Shown: positions 26,710 to 38,683 of the stretch, piece after piece
How the letters are laid out: every line of letters begins with the position of its first letter
Position numbering within the stretch: the first letter of the stretch is position 1
Assembly: GCF_006345805.1 (NCBI RefSeq)
Contig: NC_043012.1
Location: forward strand, 40,920,001-40,984,000
Reading direction: 5' to 3'
DNA: 64,000 nucleotides
From: Octopus sinensis
Lineage: Eukaryota
The notes under the pieces: generated by a model
What the model was told of the DNA's origin: nothing
What the model saw: the letters and a program-made list of their open reading frames with translations, nothing else
The model's database searches: none
Program-made: the position numbers and the translations under genes

Positions 26710-27280
26710 ATATTTGCTAATCCAACCTCAAAACAGAACCTTAATTCTTAGAATCAGTTTGCCATTCTGTCTGTCTTCAGACTTGCTATTTTCTCGAGTA
26801 CACATTTGAAGAATTATTCCGAGCCGATGGTAAAAAACAGTTGAATCGAGACAAATAGCAGAGCAGCTAAATACAGCTAATAATAGATCGCACATCAATA
26901 TGGTACCAGAAGGGTATGGCGACTATATCTGTAGCCGATACTCTTTGCTTTATATTGTTCCTCTTTAACATTTTCCTCCATACAGTAATCTTTGTCAAAA
27001 TATTTTCAATGTTTTACTTGGTTCTGTTAGTGCCTATCCATGTTTTTCACACGTAATGGCTAATGTATTCTTCTGAGACACCAAAGATAATAAAAGATTA
27101 AAACAAAAGAACAATGGCTTCATTGATTGGTGATTTTTGGCAATAAAAATGTTGCGTGACAGTGAGATAACAAAAAATTCAGGCGCTTTTAAAAATATGT
27201 CGGTATCTTGGAAAACAAGATTACATAACAGACATCAGCTAAAGATCATAAATGTATATATATACATACACACACACACA

Positions 27281-27353
<73 letters not shown>

Positions 27354-27736
27354 TATGTATGTATTATGTATGTATGTATGTATACATTATATATATATAT
27401 ATGTGTATATATAATATATATACACACAATTATGAATCTCTCCCTCAGTTTCCCTCTTCTACTTATCCATACATGTACGAGTGCCTGAGGAAATGAAAGA
27501 AACTAGTACTCAACGTAATAGATTAGAGCTACATATATTATGGACCAGTTTGGCTAAGCTGCACACTAGCCAAAGCCTGGTGGGTACGGAACACTGCCAA
27601 ACGTATAAACGGTTGGAGAAGTTATGGAGACAATCCAAAAGTAATCCAGATTAGCCCCCAGCTCCATTCCGTGGTGATGATATGGGCGTGTTCTGTGTCT
27701 CAGAATACACACACACACAGACACACACACACAGAT

Positions 27737-27775
<39 letters not shown>

Positions 27776-28922
27776 CATACATACATACACACACACATAT
27801 ATATGTGTTTATTACTCGTCTTATTTTTTAAAAAAATTATCTCATGTCCATTGTCAGATGTGTGAGGAAAAATTTCTGGACAATGGACATGAGTTAGAAT
27901 AAGAACAGTAATAAACGAGTGAAGAAAAATATATAGTGCGTGTGTTTATTTGGCAAAAAAGTGACCATTCCGAAATGCAACAATATATATATATATATAT
28001 GCATCAGACTATCTGTGTGAGTGTATCGATACATAAGCACATTTTAATTTATATAGCATAGTCTATGAAAGAACGGTATCATCTGTAGAGGGAAGGATGA
28101 CGTTATCTTTCAATTAGAGTTCTGATAAATTTTAAATTCTTTAATAATTACTTTGGGAAGCAGAGAGAAAAATGAACCTAGAGGCAAGGGGAGATAATTT
28201 CAAGAAATTCATAATAATAATTCTATGACAGATTTGACATGCATAGGAGTAGTGACCCGAATGTTTGCAGCTGAATAAACTCCTTTGAAGGTTTGTCAGA
28301 AGCGGGTGGAGGTGTTAAACAGGGTGACATATTAAGTGTACAAAGAAAAAAAAAAGAATAAGAAAAAGAAAAAAATGGTTCTTTCAGAGTTCTCTGGTTC
28401 TCCTTACGTTAACCAAATTTCCTTTAAAAGAGCTTAGTTGCCTGTATCGGATTGAACTTAGATGGAAAAGTTAACTTCTATAGCAAATAACGAACCACGG
28501 AGAGCAACAGAAAGAGATGAAGAGGGAGAGTGACAGAGAGGGGAAAGTAAGAAAGGGAAGGCTGCGAAGATGAAGATGCACTATTAAGATGTGAATTCTG
28601 GTGAACATAATACAGACCTCTTGTGACAAAGTATACATAATCTATAATCTATGGTATATAGTGCAGTAATTTCATCTAGCAGAATGTCTTTGATCTGAAC
28701 TAGATTTCTTCAGTTTACGAAAATATCTGTTTTGAAATGTAGCGAAGAAGTGCAAGTAGTCCAAGGATATAGATTTGGTACGATCAAAATGGAAGGTAAT
28801 ATGGGAATAATATGAGTGTCGGAGACCTATATAGCTGCAATGAGAAACGCGAGAGAGATGTACGTGTATACATATGTGCACATGTATAAGCGTGTACTAT
28901 ATATATATATATACGTACACAC

Positions 28923-29000
<78 letters not shown>

Positions 29001-29002
29001 GC

Positions 29003-29045
<43 letters not shown>

Positions 29046-29072
29046 GTATCTATCTATCTGTCTATCTATCTG

Positions 29073-29112
<40 letters not shown>

Positions 29113-29490
29113 GCTAGCTAGCTAGCTATCAATCTATCTGTCGGTCTGTCTCTCTCCCTTTCTCTCTATATAGATATATTTAAATGTATTTATTCTTCAA
29201 AGAGATTATATAATATGCCTGTTATTTTGCCTGGCGATAACAATGTCTTCCTTTTTTGCATTTAAAGTTATAAATATATTTACATGAAGCATCTCCCTAG
29301 CAAACTGACTTTTTCATTCCCCATTTTTATGCTACTTTTATTTAATGGTTATGCACCTATCAATATGGCGGCTGTTAGAAGTTTAAGCTCAGATATCATC
29401 CAGTTTACTCATTCTCTCTTACTTGTCTTTCTCTCTCTCTCTCTCTTTCGGTATATATATATATATACACATTCACACATATATTTTACA

Positions 29491-29560
<70 letters not shown>

Positions 29561-29593
29561 ATATTATTATTATTATTATTGTTATTATTATTA

Positions 29594-30197
29594 GTTTCAG
29601 CTCAAGGGTTTTGGCCATGGTGGGGCACCGCCAATTTAGATAGTATTTAGTGAATTAGGGAATTTGATGCTATTGCCCTCATTTCCGCTTCCTTCCATGA
29701 ATTAAGCTCATTTGGGGATCTTCACAGCAGGAGATCCAGTTTAGTTTCTGACACACCTATATCCACACCGTGTAGGTCTCTCACCACTTCGGAGGGATAT
29801 TGAAGAGGTGTGGGCATTTGAATCTCAAGCTTGTAATATCTGGGCTTGTATTTTGACGGCAGGGGAGGAATTTTTGGCACCATGCAATGGCGCTCTGTTC
29901 TAGCGATTGTACAACTTCTCGACGTCAAATTTTCAGACAAGTCCTTCCAGGATCTTCCAGATATATTTTGCAGCACATCTTTCCCGCCTTCATGGCAAGG
30001 AGTAAAGTCTTAACATTTTGAGTCTTCTCCGAGAGTTAATTCGCTGCAATGAGTCTATCCCCGTGTAGCTTCGCTGGACTGCTTCGAGTTCCGCTATTTA
30101 TCAGACGGTGTGGTACCATAGATGGGGACGATAATCAAGACGGCTCAGGACAAAAGTTCACCTGAGAAGCATCATGGTTTCCTCTTGCTCTCTTGTG
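29594..30197 (-). mobile_element. CR1-like LINE 3' fragment
   Basis: FVLSRLDY..LEAVQRSYT..LYSL..RRER..IWK..HCMVPKIP..RDLHGVDIGV..KLDLLL across frames; ends in (TAA)n on the minus strand. Confidence 0.85.
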
Positions 30198-30302
30198 TAA
30201 TATATATATGTGTGTGTATGTGTGTGTGTGCATGTGTGTGTGCGTGTGTGGATGTGTGGGTGTATGAGGGTATTTGTGCGTGTGTGTGTATGTGTATATA
30301 CA

Positions 30303-30492
30303 TACATATTTCTGGCTTTAAGGATGCCGTGAAGGCCTTGTTCGAGGCCCAATGTTCCGAGTTCTTTTACAGGGTTTAGAAAAACTGAAGGACCACTGCA
30401 ATAGGTGTTAGAGTCCGATAGGATAGTATGTTGAATAAAATCATATTTAACTGATCCTCCTGTATTTTCTTTTACTCAAAGCCAGAAAATGT
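30303..30492 (+). mobile_element. Mariner-derived MITE (second copy)
   Basis: Homologous to 12218-12434; ttctggcttt / aaagccagaa inverted ends. Confidence 0.65.
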
Positions 30493-30540
30493 TTCATCAT
30501 CCATCGTATATTATACTTATATATATTATATATATATATA

Positions 30541-30662
30541 AAAACATTATTGGTGAATTGAAGAAATGGAGCTGAACGCAGATTGAACAGAAATCGTTTT
30601 ATAAAACGATTTCTGTTCAATCTGCGTTCAGCTCCATTTCTTCAATTCACCAATAATGTTTT
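30541..30662. repeat. Perfect 122-bp spacer-less palindrome
   Basis: 30541-30600 is the exact reverse complement of 30603-30662, centre AT. Confidence 0.97.
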
Positions 30663-30827
30663 AAATTTCAATTATCCGCACCACGCCGGTTGCAACGCCA
30701 GATGGTTGTACCTCCAACCGTGCTGTTCACTGCTGTGATTTTTGCTACTAAGGTATCGTTTAAACTTTTGATTAATCCACTACAAGATTATTCATCTTTC
30801 TATTTCACATAAGATATAATATATATA

Positions 30828-30869
<42 letters not shown>

Positions 30870-30928
30870 TATATATAATATATTATATTCATATATATGC
30901 ATATGTATGTATGTGTGTGTGTATGTTT

Positions 30929-31220
30929 GGAGGCGCAATGGCCCAGTGATTAGGACAGTGGACTCGCGGTCGTAGGATGGCGGTTTAGATTCCCAGACCG
31001 GGCGTTATTGAGCGAAAACACCTAAGACTCCACGAGGCTCCAGCAGGGCGCGGTGGCGATCCCTGCTGTACTCTTTCGCCACAACTTTCTCTCACTATTA
31101 ATTCTGTAGACCTGCCCACTTAGCCAGCGGGGTGGAGTCATTCGAAGGCTAAAACAATTCGAAGCGCATTGTGACCAGCGATGTGTAGCAACATCTGAGA
31201 GCCTGGTCGGTCATAGTGAT
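30929..31220 (+). mobile_element. tRNA-headed SINE family B with tail T2
   Basis: GGAGGCGCAATGGCCCAGTG..GATTCCCAGACCGGG head; middle shared with 53058-53446; different tail; ends in (AT)n. Confidence 0.9.
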
Positions 31221-31554
31221 ATATATATATATATATATATATACATACATACATAACTACACACACACAAATATATATTTTTGTTATTCTACCAATTATA
31301 TACGTATTTATTTTTTTGCAATTTACTTAATCTTTGGTATTTTTGTTATTTTGATTTTAATATTTCTATTATATGTACTTTTCTAGTTGGTGTAATTTAA
31401 TTGTTCGTTTTGTATTGATAAAAGGTGGTTCTTTCTAATTTTTTATATAATATATATATATATATATTGTGTGAAATTTGATTTAGTATTTCTAAATTGA
31501 TTTTTTTCCTGTAAGTTAGGATTAATATCCCCAATATATATATATTATATATAT

Positions 31555-31596
<42 letters not shown>

Positions 31597-31714
31597 TATA
31601 TATATATATATTATATATATACATATATATATCATAACAAAGGGTAAATTAATTAAGAAGTAATCAGAAATTTTACCAAGCAGAATTCGGCATGAAAAGA
31701 CCTTCTTGGTCTTA

Positions 31715-31764
<50 letters not shown>

Positions 31765-32334
31765 GTAATACATGTCTTTGGTGTGGTATTGTTGCGGGCG
31801 CCGAGGAAGGCTATTGACATACATATAACATCAATTATGCATTGATATAAACTGTCTAATAAAGCCAGAAACATATGTACCGCTAAATCCTTTGCATCCT
31901 GTTTTTCTTTTGATAAATATATATATATATATATATATATAATCAGCTTATATGATCTACAAAAAATATAAGTATGTGTAGTTTGTTATGTAACATATTT
32001 TCTTTGTGATCTCTGTGTCTTGTCTGTTTTCTTTTGACGATAGTGCGTGATGTTGGGCTGTTGCCTGGGAAGTTACACGGGGAAATCGATCTGGAAACAA
32101 TGTACTTGCGAGGTCCTGTCTGGAAAAAAAGGTGTCCGTCTATAATGACAGGCTCTTATGTAATCTCATATTCTATAAACATTCGTCACTTTATGTAGAT
32201 TCGAGTAATAAATGTATTATTCGGTAGACAGTCGATTCTCGAATGCTTAATCTCTGACCTCGGTGGCGAAAACTTTTGTGATTTTTACTGGAGAAGACAA
32301 ATGAAGAGCTATAAGACAACAGATCAAACAATCT

Positions 32335-32379
32335 ATGTCTGCTTGCCTGTCTGGCTGTCTGCCTGCCTATCCCTCTGTT

Positions 32380-32416
<37 letters not shown>

Positions 32417-32541
32417 GTCTGTCTGTCTGTCTATCTAACTATCTATCTATCTATATCTATCTATCAATCTATCTATCTATCTGTCTGTCTGTCTGTATGT
32501 CTGTCTGTCTGTCTGTCTGTCTGCCTGACTGCCTGTCTGTA

Positions 32542-32617
<76 letters not shown>

Positions 32618-32713
32618 AATCTATCTATTTATCTATCTGTCTGTCTGTATGTATGTTTGTCTGTCTCTCTTTCTGTATGTCTGTCTGTCTGTCTGCCTGA
32701 CTGCCTGTCTGTA

Positions 32714-32744
<31 letters not shown>

Positions 32745-32800
32745 TTGTCTGTCTGTCTCTCTTTTTCTCTATCTATCTAGCTAGCTAGCTGGACAGACAG
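32335..32800. repeat. (GTCT)n/(ATCT)n compound microsatellite
   Basis: Direct. Confidence 0.95.
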
Positions 32801-33230
32801 ACAGATGGATAAATTGATGCATTAATAGACAGACGTGCTTGCGTGTGCATGTGCGCGCGCGAATGTGTGTGTTTCTCTATACACACATACTCTCTCCCAC
32901 TCACACAGTATAACACAATTAACACTGCCACCGCCTTCAACATTGATATTCCAGTATTTTCAAGTCTCCTATGTCCCAAATCAAGCTTAATTTAAAATCT
33001 GCGCAAGGAATCCATAATAAGAAACACGTCCCATGTATTCAAGATATCAGTTTATCTCTTGAGAATTTGGTAAAATAAATATTTCCAAAGAAGAAGCAGC
33101 AATCTCTTTGCAGTTAATGAGATTTTTTGGGGAAAAAAGCTGGATGTTTGTAATAGGGGAACACGTTGTGAAAATAAGATATTAATAAAAATATTGAATA
33201 AAATAAAGAAAGTAACCGTAGAAAAGAATT

Positions 33231-33387
33231 AGCGCAGGTATAGCTGAGTGGTTAAGAAACTAGATTTGCAACCGTATGGCCTCGGGTTCAGTTTAAGTGC
33301 GAGGTACCTTGGGCAAGTTTTTTCTACCATATTTGATCAATGTCTTATGACTGAATTTCGTAGAAGGGTACTATGTTAAATCCTGTA

Positions 33388-33388
<1 letters not shown>
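33231..33388 (+). mobile_element. Degraded SINE family C, 5' part
   Basis: tagctgagtggttaag..gggttcag..accttgggcaag. Confidence 0.65.
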
Positions 33389-33421
<33 letters not shown>

Positions 33422-33515
33422 TAATCTATACATACATACATACCGGAGTAAGTACATAAATGCGAAACAAGGTGGTAAAAAGAGTACTCAAATACCAGAA
33501 GTAGAGTAATGTGCT

Positions 33516-33633
33516 TTATTGAAAAGCAGTAGAAATATCTCAAAACCGTTACTCAGAGTTCCACGTTCCCGTTCGTCGGGAACGTGAAACTCTGAGTGAC
33601 AGTTTTTACCATATTTCTGCTGCCTTTCAATAA
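33516..33633. repeat. Imperfect fold-back, about 57-bp arms
   Basis: ..ctcagagttccacgttcccg / cgggaacgtgaaactctgag.. Confidence 0.9.
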
Positions 33634-33695
33634 GTATGTATGTATGTATGTATGTATGTATGTATTAATATATATATATATATATATAGTATGTA

Positions 33696-33731
<36 letters not shown>

Positions 33732-33743
33732 ATATATTATATA

Positions 33744-33778
<35 letters not shown>

Positions 33779-33808
33779 GTATAAGGGTGAAAAGGAACAC
33801 ACGAGTTG

Positions 33809-34479
33809 ATATATATGAAAAAACAAGTCAAAATAGAAAATGCTAAAATAATTTTATAAAGAACATTTCAGTACCGGTTTCGGTCATTTTGAGACCTTTT
33901 CACTGTAACGATTAAATAATTATATTTAGAAAATTAGAAGAAAAGTTTTTTTAAAGGAATATTTGTATAGTAGTGTTCAAATATAAGTGGCATTCTGCCT
34001 TTCTCTGACTCCCTTGTTTGCACTTGTGTGTTTGAGGTCGTTGTGAAGTCTTGGTAGGGTAGAAAAGAAGAAGGCTGAAGAGGAGAGGGGGTGGAAAAAT
34101 TTGGGAGTGCCTTGATTGTTGTATTTTGAATGGTCAGTGACGGCTAACAGTTGCAGTTCAAAATACAACAATCAAGGCACTCCCAAATTTTTCCACCCCC
34201 TCTCCTCCTCAGCCTTCTTCTTCTTCTACCCTACCAAGAATTCACAACGACCTCAAACGCACAAGTGCAAACAAGGGAGTCAGAGAAAGGCAGAATGCCA
34301 CTTATATTTGAACACTACTATACAAATATTCCTTTAAAAAAACTTTTCTTCTAATTTTTCTAAATTTAATTATTTAATCGTTACAGTTGAAAAGGTCTCA
34401 AAATGACCGAAACCGGTACTGAAATGTTCTTTATAAAATTATTTTAGCATTTTCTATTTTGACTTGTTTTTTCATATAT
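33809..34479. mobile_element. Large fold-back (about 320-bp arms, 26-nt loop), probable Penelope-like terminal sequence
   Basis: Arms are reverse-complementary with a few substitutions and indels; TA tracts outside; hammerhead-like motif in each arm. The Penelope link is inference. Confidence 0.6.
34384..34421 (+). ncRNA. Minimal type-I hammerhead-ribozyme-like motif (U3/A8 core)
   Basis: cag-TTGAAAA-GGTC-tcaaaat-GACC-GAAA-CCGGT-A-ctg: stems I and II, palindromic stem III (ACCGGT) and GUA cleavage triplet all present. Confidence 0.55.
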
Positions 34480-34482
34480 ATA

Positions 34483-34531
<49 letters not shown>

Positions 34532-34670
34532 CACAAGCTGACATAGAACCAACGTTGAACCTCTCATTCGCAAAATTACCGAATCTGGAACTTAACTATG
34601 GTCTGTCCATAGCACTTATTCAGCATTACCTGATACCTTTGGGTCTCAATGACACCATTATCTCTCATAA

Positions 34671-34712
<42 letters not shown>

Positions 34713-34900
34713 TATTAGCAATCATTATCTTCTCGTAGTTTTCCGAGCTGTTCTATGGTCAAAAGTATTCCAATCGTGGCCATTCCATCTTCGTTAACGT
34801 GTATTTTATATTTACTAGTAAATCGTCTGGTGGGCGCAGCAGCCCTTCTTTTACAAAATGGATGTATATATGTATATATATATATATATATATATTTTAG

Positions 34901-35056
34901 AGGAGGCTGAGTGGCCTAACAAAGGTTCCTTATTTATGGAGTTTAAGAATAAAAGGCAGTATACTGCGGTGTTTGCAAGTTTATCCAGATTAGGTTATGC
35001 AGATAGAGCTGGGTATAGTCTTCAAAATTTGTATGATGTCTATGGCGAAACGATAT
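34901..35056 (+). other. Candidate 156-nt phase-symmetric exon (weak)
   Basis: ttttag| acceptor, |GTATGT donor, open frame EEAEWPNKGSLFMEF..YGETI; no family recognised. Confidence 0.2.
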
Positions 35057-35119
35057 GTATGTAGAAATGAAAGGTAGACATTTTTGTGTTTTTTTATTCA
35101 GGCTGATGGTTGGACATGT

Positions 35120-35370
35120 GACAGATGGATGGATAGATGAAAGGATGGGTAAATGGATTGAGAGATAGATAGATATAGATAGATAGATAAATGGATATGT
35201 AAATAGAAAGATAGATAGAAAGTTAGATAGGCAGACAGATAGAGAGGTAGATAGGTAGATAGAGAGGAGAGAGAGACAGGCGTGAGAGGAAGGTTTAGAT
35301 AGATAGAGAGATAGAGAGATAGACAGATAGACAGATAGATAGATAGATAGTTAGATAGATAGATAAGTAC

Positions 35371-35403
<33 letters not shown>

Positions 35404-35550
35404 AGATAGATAGATAGATGATAGATAGATAGATAGATAGTCAGAGACCCGCACACGAGAGAGAGAGGGAAAGACTTCTCGGCATGACAAGGTAATTTAT
35501 ATTTAGTAGGAAAACAGTAAAGATGGAAAGAGAGAGAGAGAAAGAAAGAA

Positions 35551-35592
<42 letters not shown>

Positions 35593-35600
35593 ATTGAAGA
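35120..35600. repeat. (GATA)n/(GA)n microsatellites
   Basis: Direct. Confidence 0.92.
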
Positions 35601-36349
35601 GACAAGGGGAAGAATTACAGGTCTGGACCTAAATCTGAGATACTCTAAAGGTGTACGTAAGAAGAGGTTTCAGATGGCCAACTTTCGTGTTTTTTTTCCT
35701 TTATTCAAGAGGCACAGGTACATTTATATTACCGATACACAAATTACGACAATGCTTTGTTTTACCAAGTTTTACCAAAAGTAACGAACATTTTGTTTTT
35801 TGGTTTTTAGGAATAAAAATGTTAAATTGATATTGTCATCTTGATGTCTTCATGCCTTTCCCCAAGAGCATAAATTGCACAATAACATCTGCTCTGATTA
35901 CAATTTGAGATAGTTCTTCAATATTCTGATATTTTTCCCTGTTATTGATTTATTTTGAATAGATATAAAGAATCAACTTTTACGAGAATGGTTTTGACGT
36001 TTGTGACTTTCCCAGCGGCATTAGCCAACTAAGTGCTGCGGGGGTTAAGACCAGCTGCAACCATTTCACGTCACGCGATACGTTATTACCCTTAATAATA
36101 AAAAAAAAAAATGTCACAGAATTTGTTCTCCGCTTGCTATAAATCACATGCTACATGCTTATGTCAAAAATCGATAAGTTAAATTTCTAAAAAAAGTCAG
36201 TATTTTCTGTATTCAATTTCCCTAATGACATGCAACAGCAATAAGATCCGGAGTTCTCTGTGTAGAGCCACCGTTTTGAGCCACTAACCTAAAATCTGTA
36301 TTCAGTATATAAATTTTATAACAAGTCATTTGTCTGAACGACATCTGCC

Positions 36350-36437
36350 TTTCATCTTTTACTCGTTTCAATCATTAGACCGTGGCCATGCCGAGGCACC
36401 ACCTTCAAAATGTTTACTCGAATGAATCGACCCCAGT

Positions 36438-36482
<45 letters not shown>

Positions 36483-36795
36483 TTTTTTAAGCCTGGTACT
36501 TATTCAATCGGTATTTGTTCCCCGAACCTCTAAGTTACGGGGATGGAAACTCACTAACACCGGTTGTCAAGCAGTGGTGGTGGTGGGGACAAACACACAC
36601 ACACACACGCATAGAGATGCATATATATAAACGACGGGCTTCTTTCAGTTTCCGTCAACCAAATCCACTCACAAGGCTTTGGTTGGCCCGATGCTATAGT
36701 AGAACACACTTGCCCAAGGTGCCACGCAGTAAGACTGCATCGAGAAACATGTGGTTGGCAAGCAAAGTTCTTACCACGCAGCCACGTTTGCGCCT
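36350..36795 (-). mobile_element. SINE family C, near full length
   Basis: Minus strand: gtggctgcgtggtaag head, accttgggcaagtgt core-like block, gacggaaactgaaagaagcccgtc, internal (TG)n, tail ggtgcc..catggcc..gaaac. Confidence 0.85.
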
Positions 36796-37134
36796 AAAAT
36801 TTTTGAATGTTGAAAAATAAAACTTGAACTCTTCTAGCCCCACTCATTAGCGAATTTAATCAAATTAAAGAGAATATATCACTGCAAAAAGCATAAGTAG
36901 AACCCCCAAGGAAAATTGAAATGAAGGACCACACCGCTGCTGAGGATCTTTTCCTGCTAAATAGATATCCTCAACATAATAAAAATACGCGGCAAAGGGT
37001 GGTCTTCCTCTTCAGACCAGGAGAGTCTTTGACTTCTACCAAATGAATGCAATAAAATTCCATCCCCACATTCGTCATTGTTGAGAAAGGTTTTAACTGC
37101 AGATGCAAGTCATGTACAGGTTCAAACCGTAACT

Positions 37135-37465
37135 TATGACCCGTTTCGGCCATGAATGACCATGAAATTTCACTCAGGAAATTGCCCTCCGAAGCACAAT
37201 TCCGGGCAATGTTGTTTTATGGAAAACCAGCAGTCACCAATGCATACCAGCCTCCCCTCTCCACACCACTGATGTGATCTAAGGGAAAGGCAAAGGGGCC
37301 GATACTTCTTGGCACCTGTGATGTCGCAACTCATTTCTACGGCTGTGTGGACAGGAGCAACGTGAGAGTGTAATGGTCAAGAACACAACATGCAGCCCGA
37401 CTGAGGAATTGAACTCGCTACCTCATGATAGTCAGTTCGACACTCTAACCACTCAGCCATGCGCC
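37135..37465 (-). mobile_element. tRNA-headed SINE family D (tail T3)
   Basis: ggcgcatggctgagtggttagag..gagttcaattcc head and tgttgtgttcttga..cacgttgctcc middle. Confidence 0.75.
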
Positions 37466-37487
37466 ATTACCATTTGTTTAACTTCAC

Positions 37488-37796
37488 TGGCACTCAGTCA
37501 GTTACGACGATGAGGGTTCCAGTTTATCCGATCAACTCGTGAAATGGACGTGCAAGTGACTGAGCACTCCACGGACACGTGTACCCTTAACATAGTTCTC
37601 AGAGAGATTCAGTGTGACCCAGAATGTGGAAAGGCTGGACCTTTGCAATAGAATTACTACTAATTTTCGCCAGCTGACTGAACAGGAGCAACATGAAATA
37701 AAGTATCTTGCTCAAGAACGCAGTGCATCGCCGGGTTTCGAACTCACAACCTTTCAATCATGAGCTGAATACCCTAACAACAAAGATACACGCCTT
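37488..37796 (-). mobile_element. tRNA-headed SINE with core-like middle and tail T1
   Basis: gagttcgaaacccgg B-box; tail aagggtacacgtgtcc..ggaaccctcatcgtcgtaac shared with 53058-53446. Confidence 0.8.
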
Positions 37797-38479
37797 CACT
37801 TAGTCAGTCAGTCGCCCGCTGACACTCGCTGACGCTACATCGAAGAGGCCAGGGAACAGAAGAAAGAAGAAGAAAGAAGACATGCACCCAACACCAGAGC
37901 TGAAGACACCCCAGAAAGGGGTGGGGCGGCGCCGCGTCAAAACGGTAGAGGAGTAGGGGCCGAAACCAGACGTCGTTCCTCCTGATGATGTCTTGAGCTA
38001 ACTGGATCCTATAAAAGAGCTGTTGTGGTAGACCACGAAACACGGTTGTAATTCCCTTACTAGCAACAAACCAATGAACATGAGAGGTTTGTTTGTTGCA
38101 CCTTATACAAGACTTTTACTCCTCCATTTTCCTTTTCCACCACTACTACGCCGGCCTCTGTTCGTCCACTCTTTCTCATTTCAATTTTGATACACCCGAC
38201 CCCCTCTGTACCCTTGATCACCCGTATTACCTCCACCCAGTCTCACAGTTACCACGTGACCCAATAGGTTATCTCGTAGAATGTCAGCCTTTTTTCGCTG
38301 TTCTCGAGATTCTTTATTGGTTCGACGGATATCCAGAGGCAACGGGAATCACCGAATTCTTTACATCTAATAATTATCTCAACAACTCATTACATTTCAG
38401 TCGCCTGCAGCGTTAACTGGTTTAGAAACGCTCGGTTATCTCCTCCCCTAATTAAAACAACCAAACTATTTGTTTTATA

Positions 38480-38623
38480 CACACATGCGCACATATACAC
38501 ACACGCATATATATATATACATATATATATATATGAAAATATATACCTTCATATATATGTACACACATATACATGCATACGTATATATACATATATATAT
38601 AATATATATATATGAATGTATAT

Positions 38624-38683
<60 letters not shown>

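Noticed and set aside
35085-35130. Strong-looking splice acceptor ttttattcag|
   Set aside because: Runs straight into (GATA)n with no donor nearby.
37956-37995. Circularly permuted hammerhead (GAAAC..GTC..CTGATGA)
   Set aside because: Core words are present, but neither stem I nor stem II can pair.
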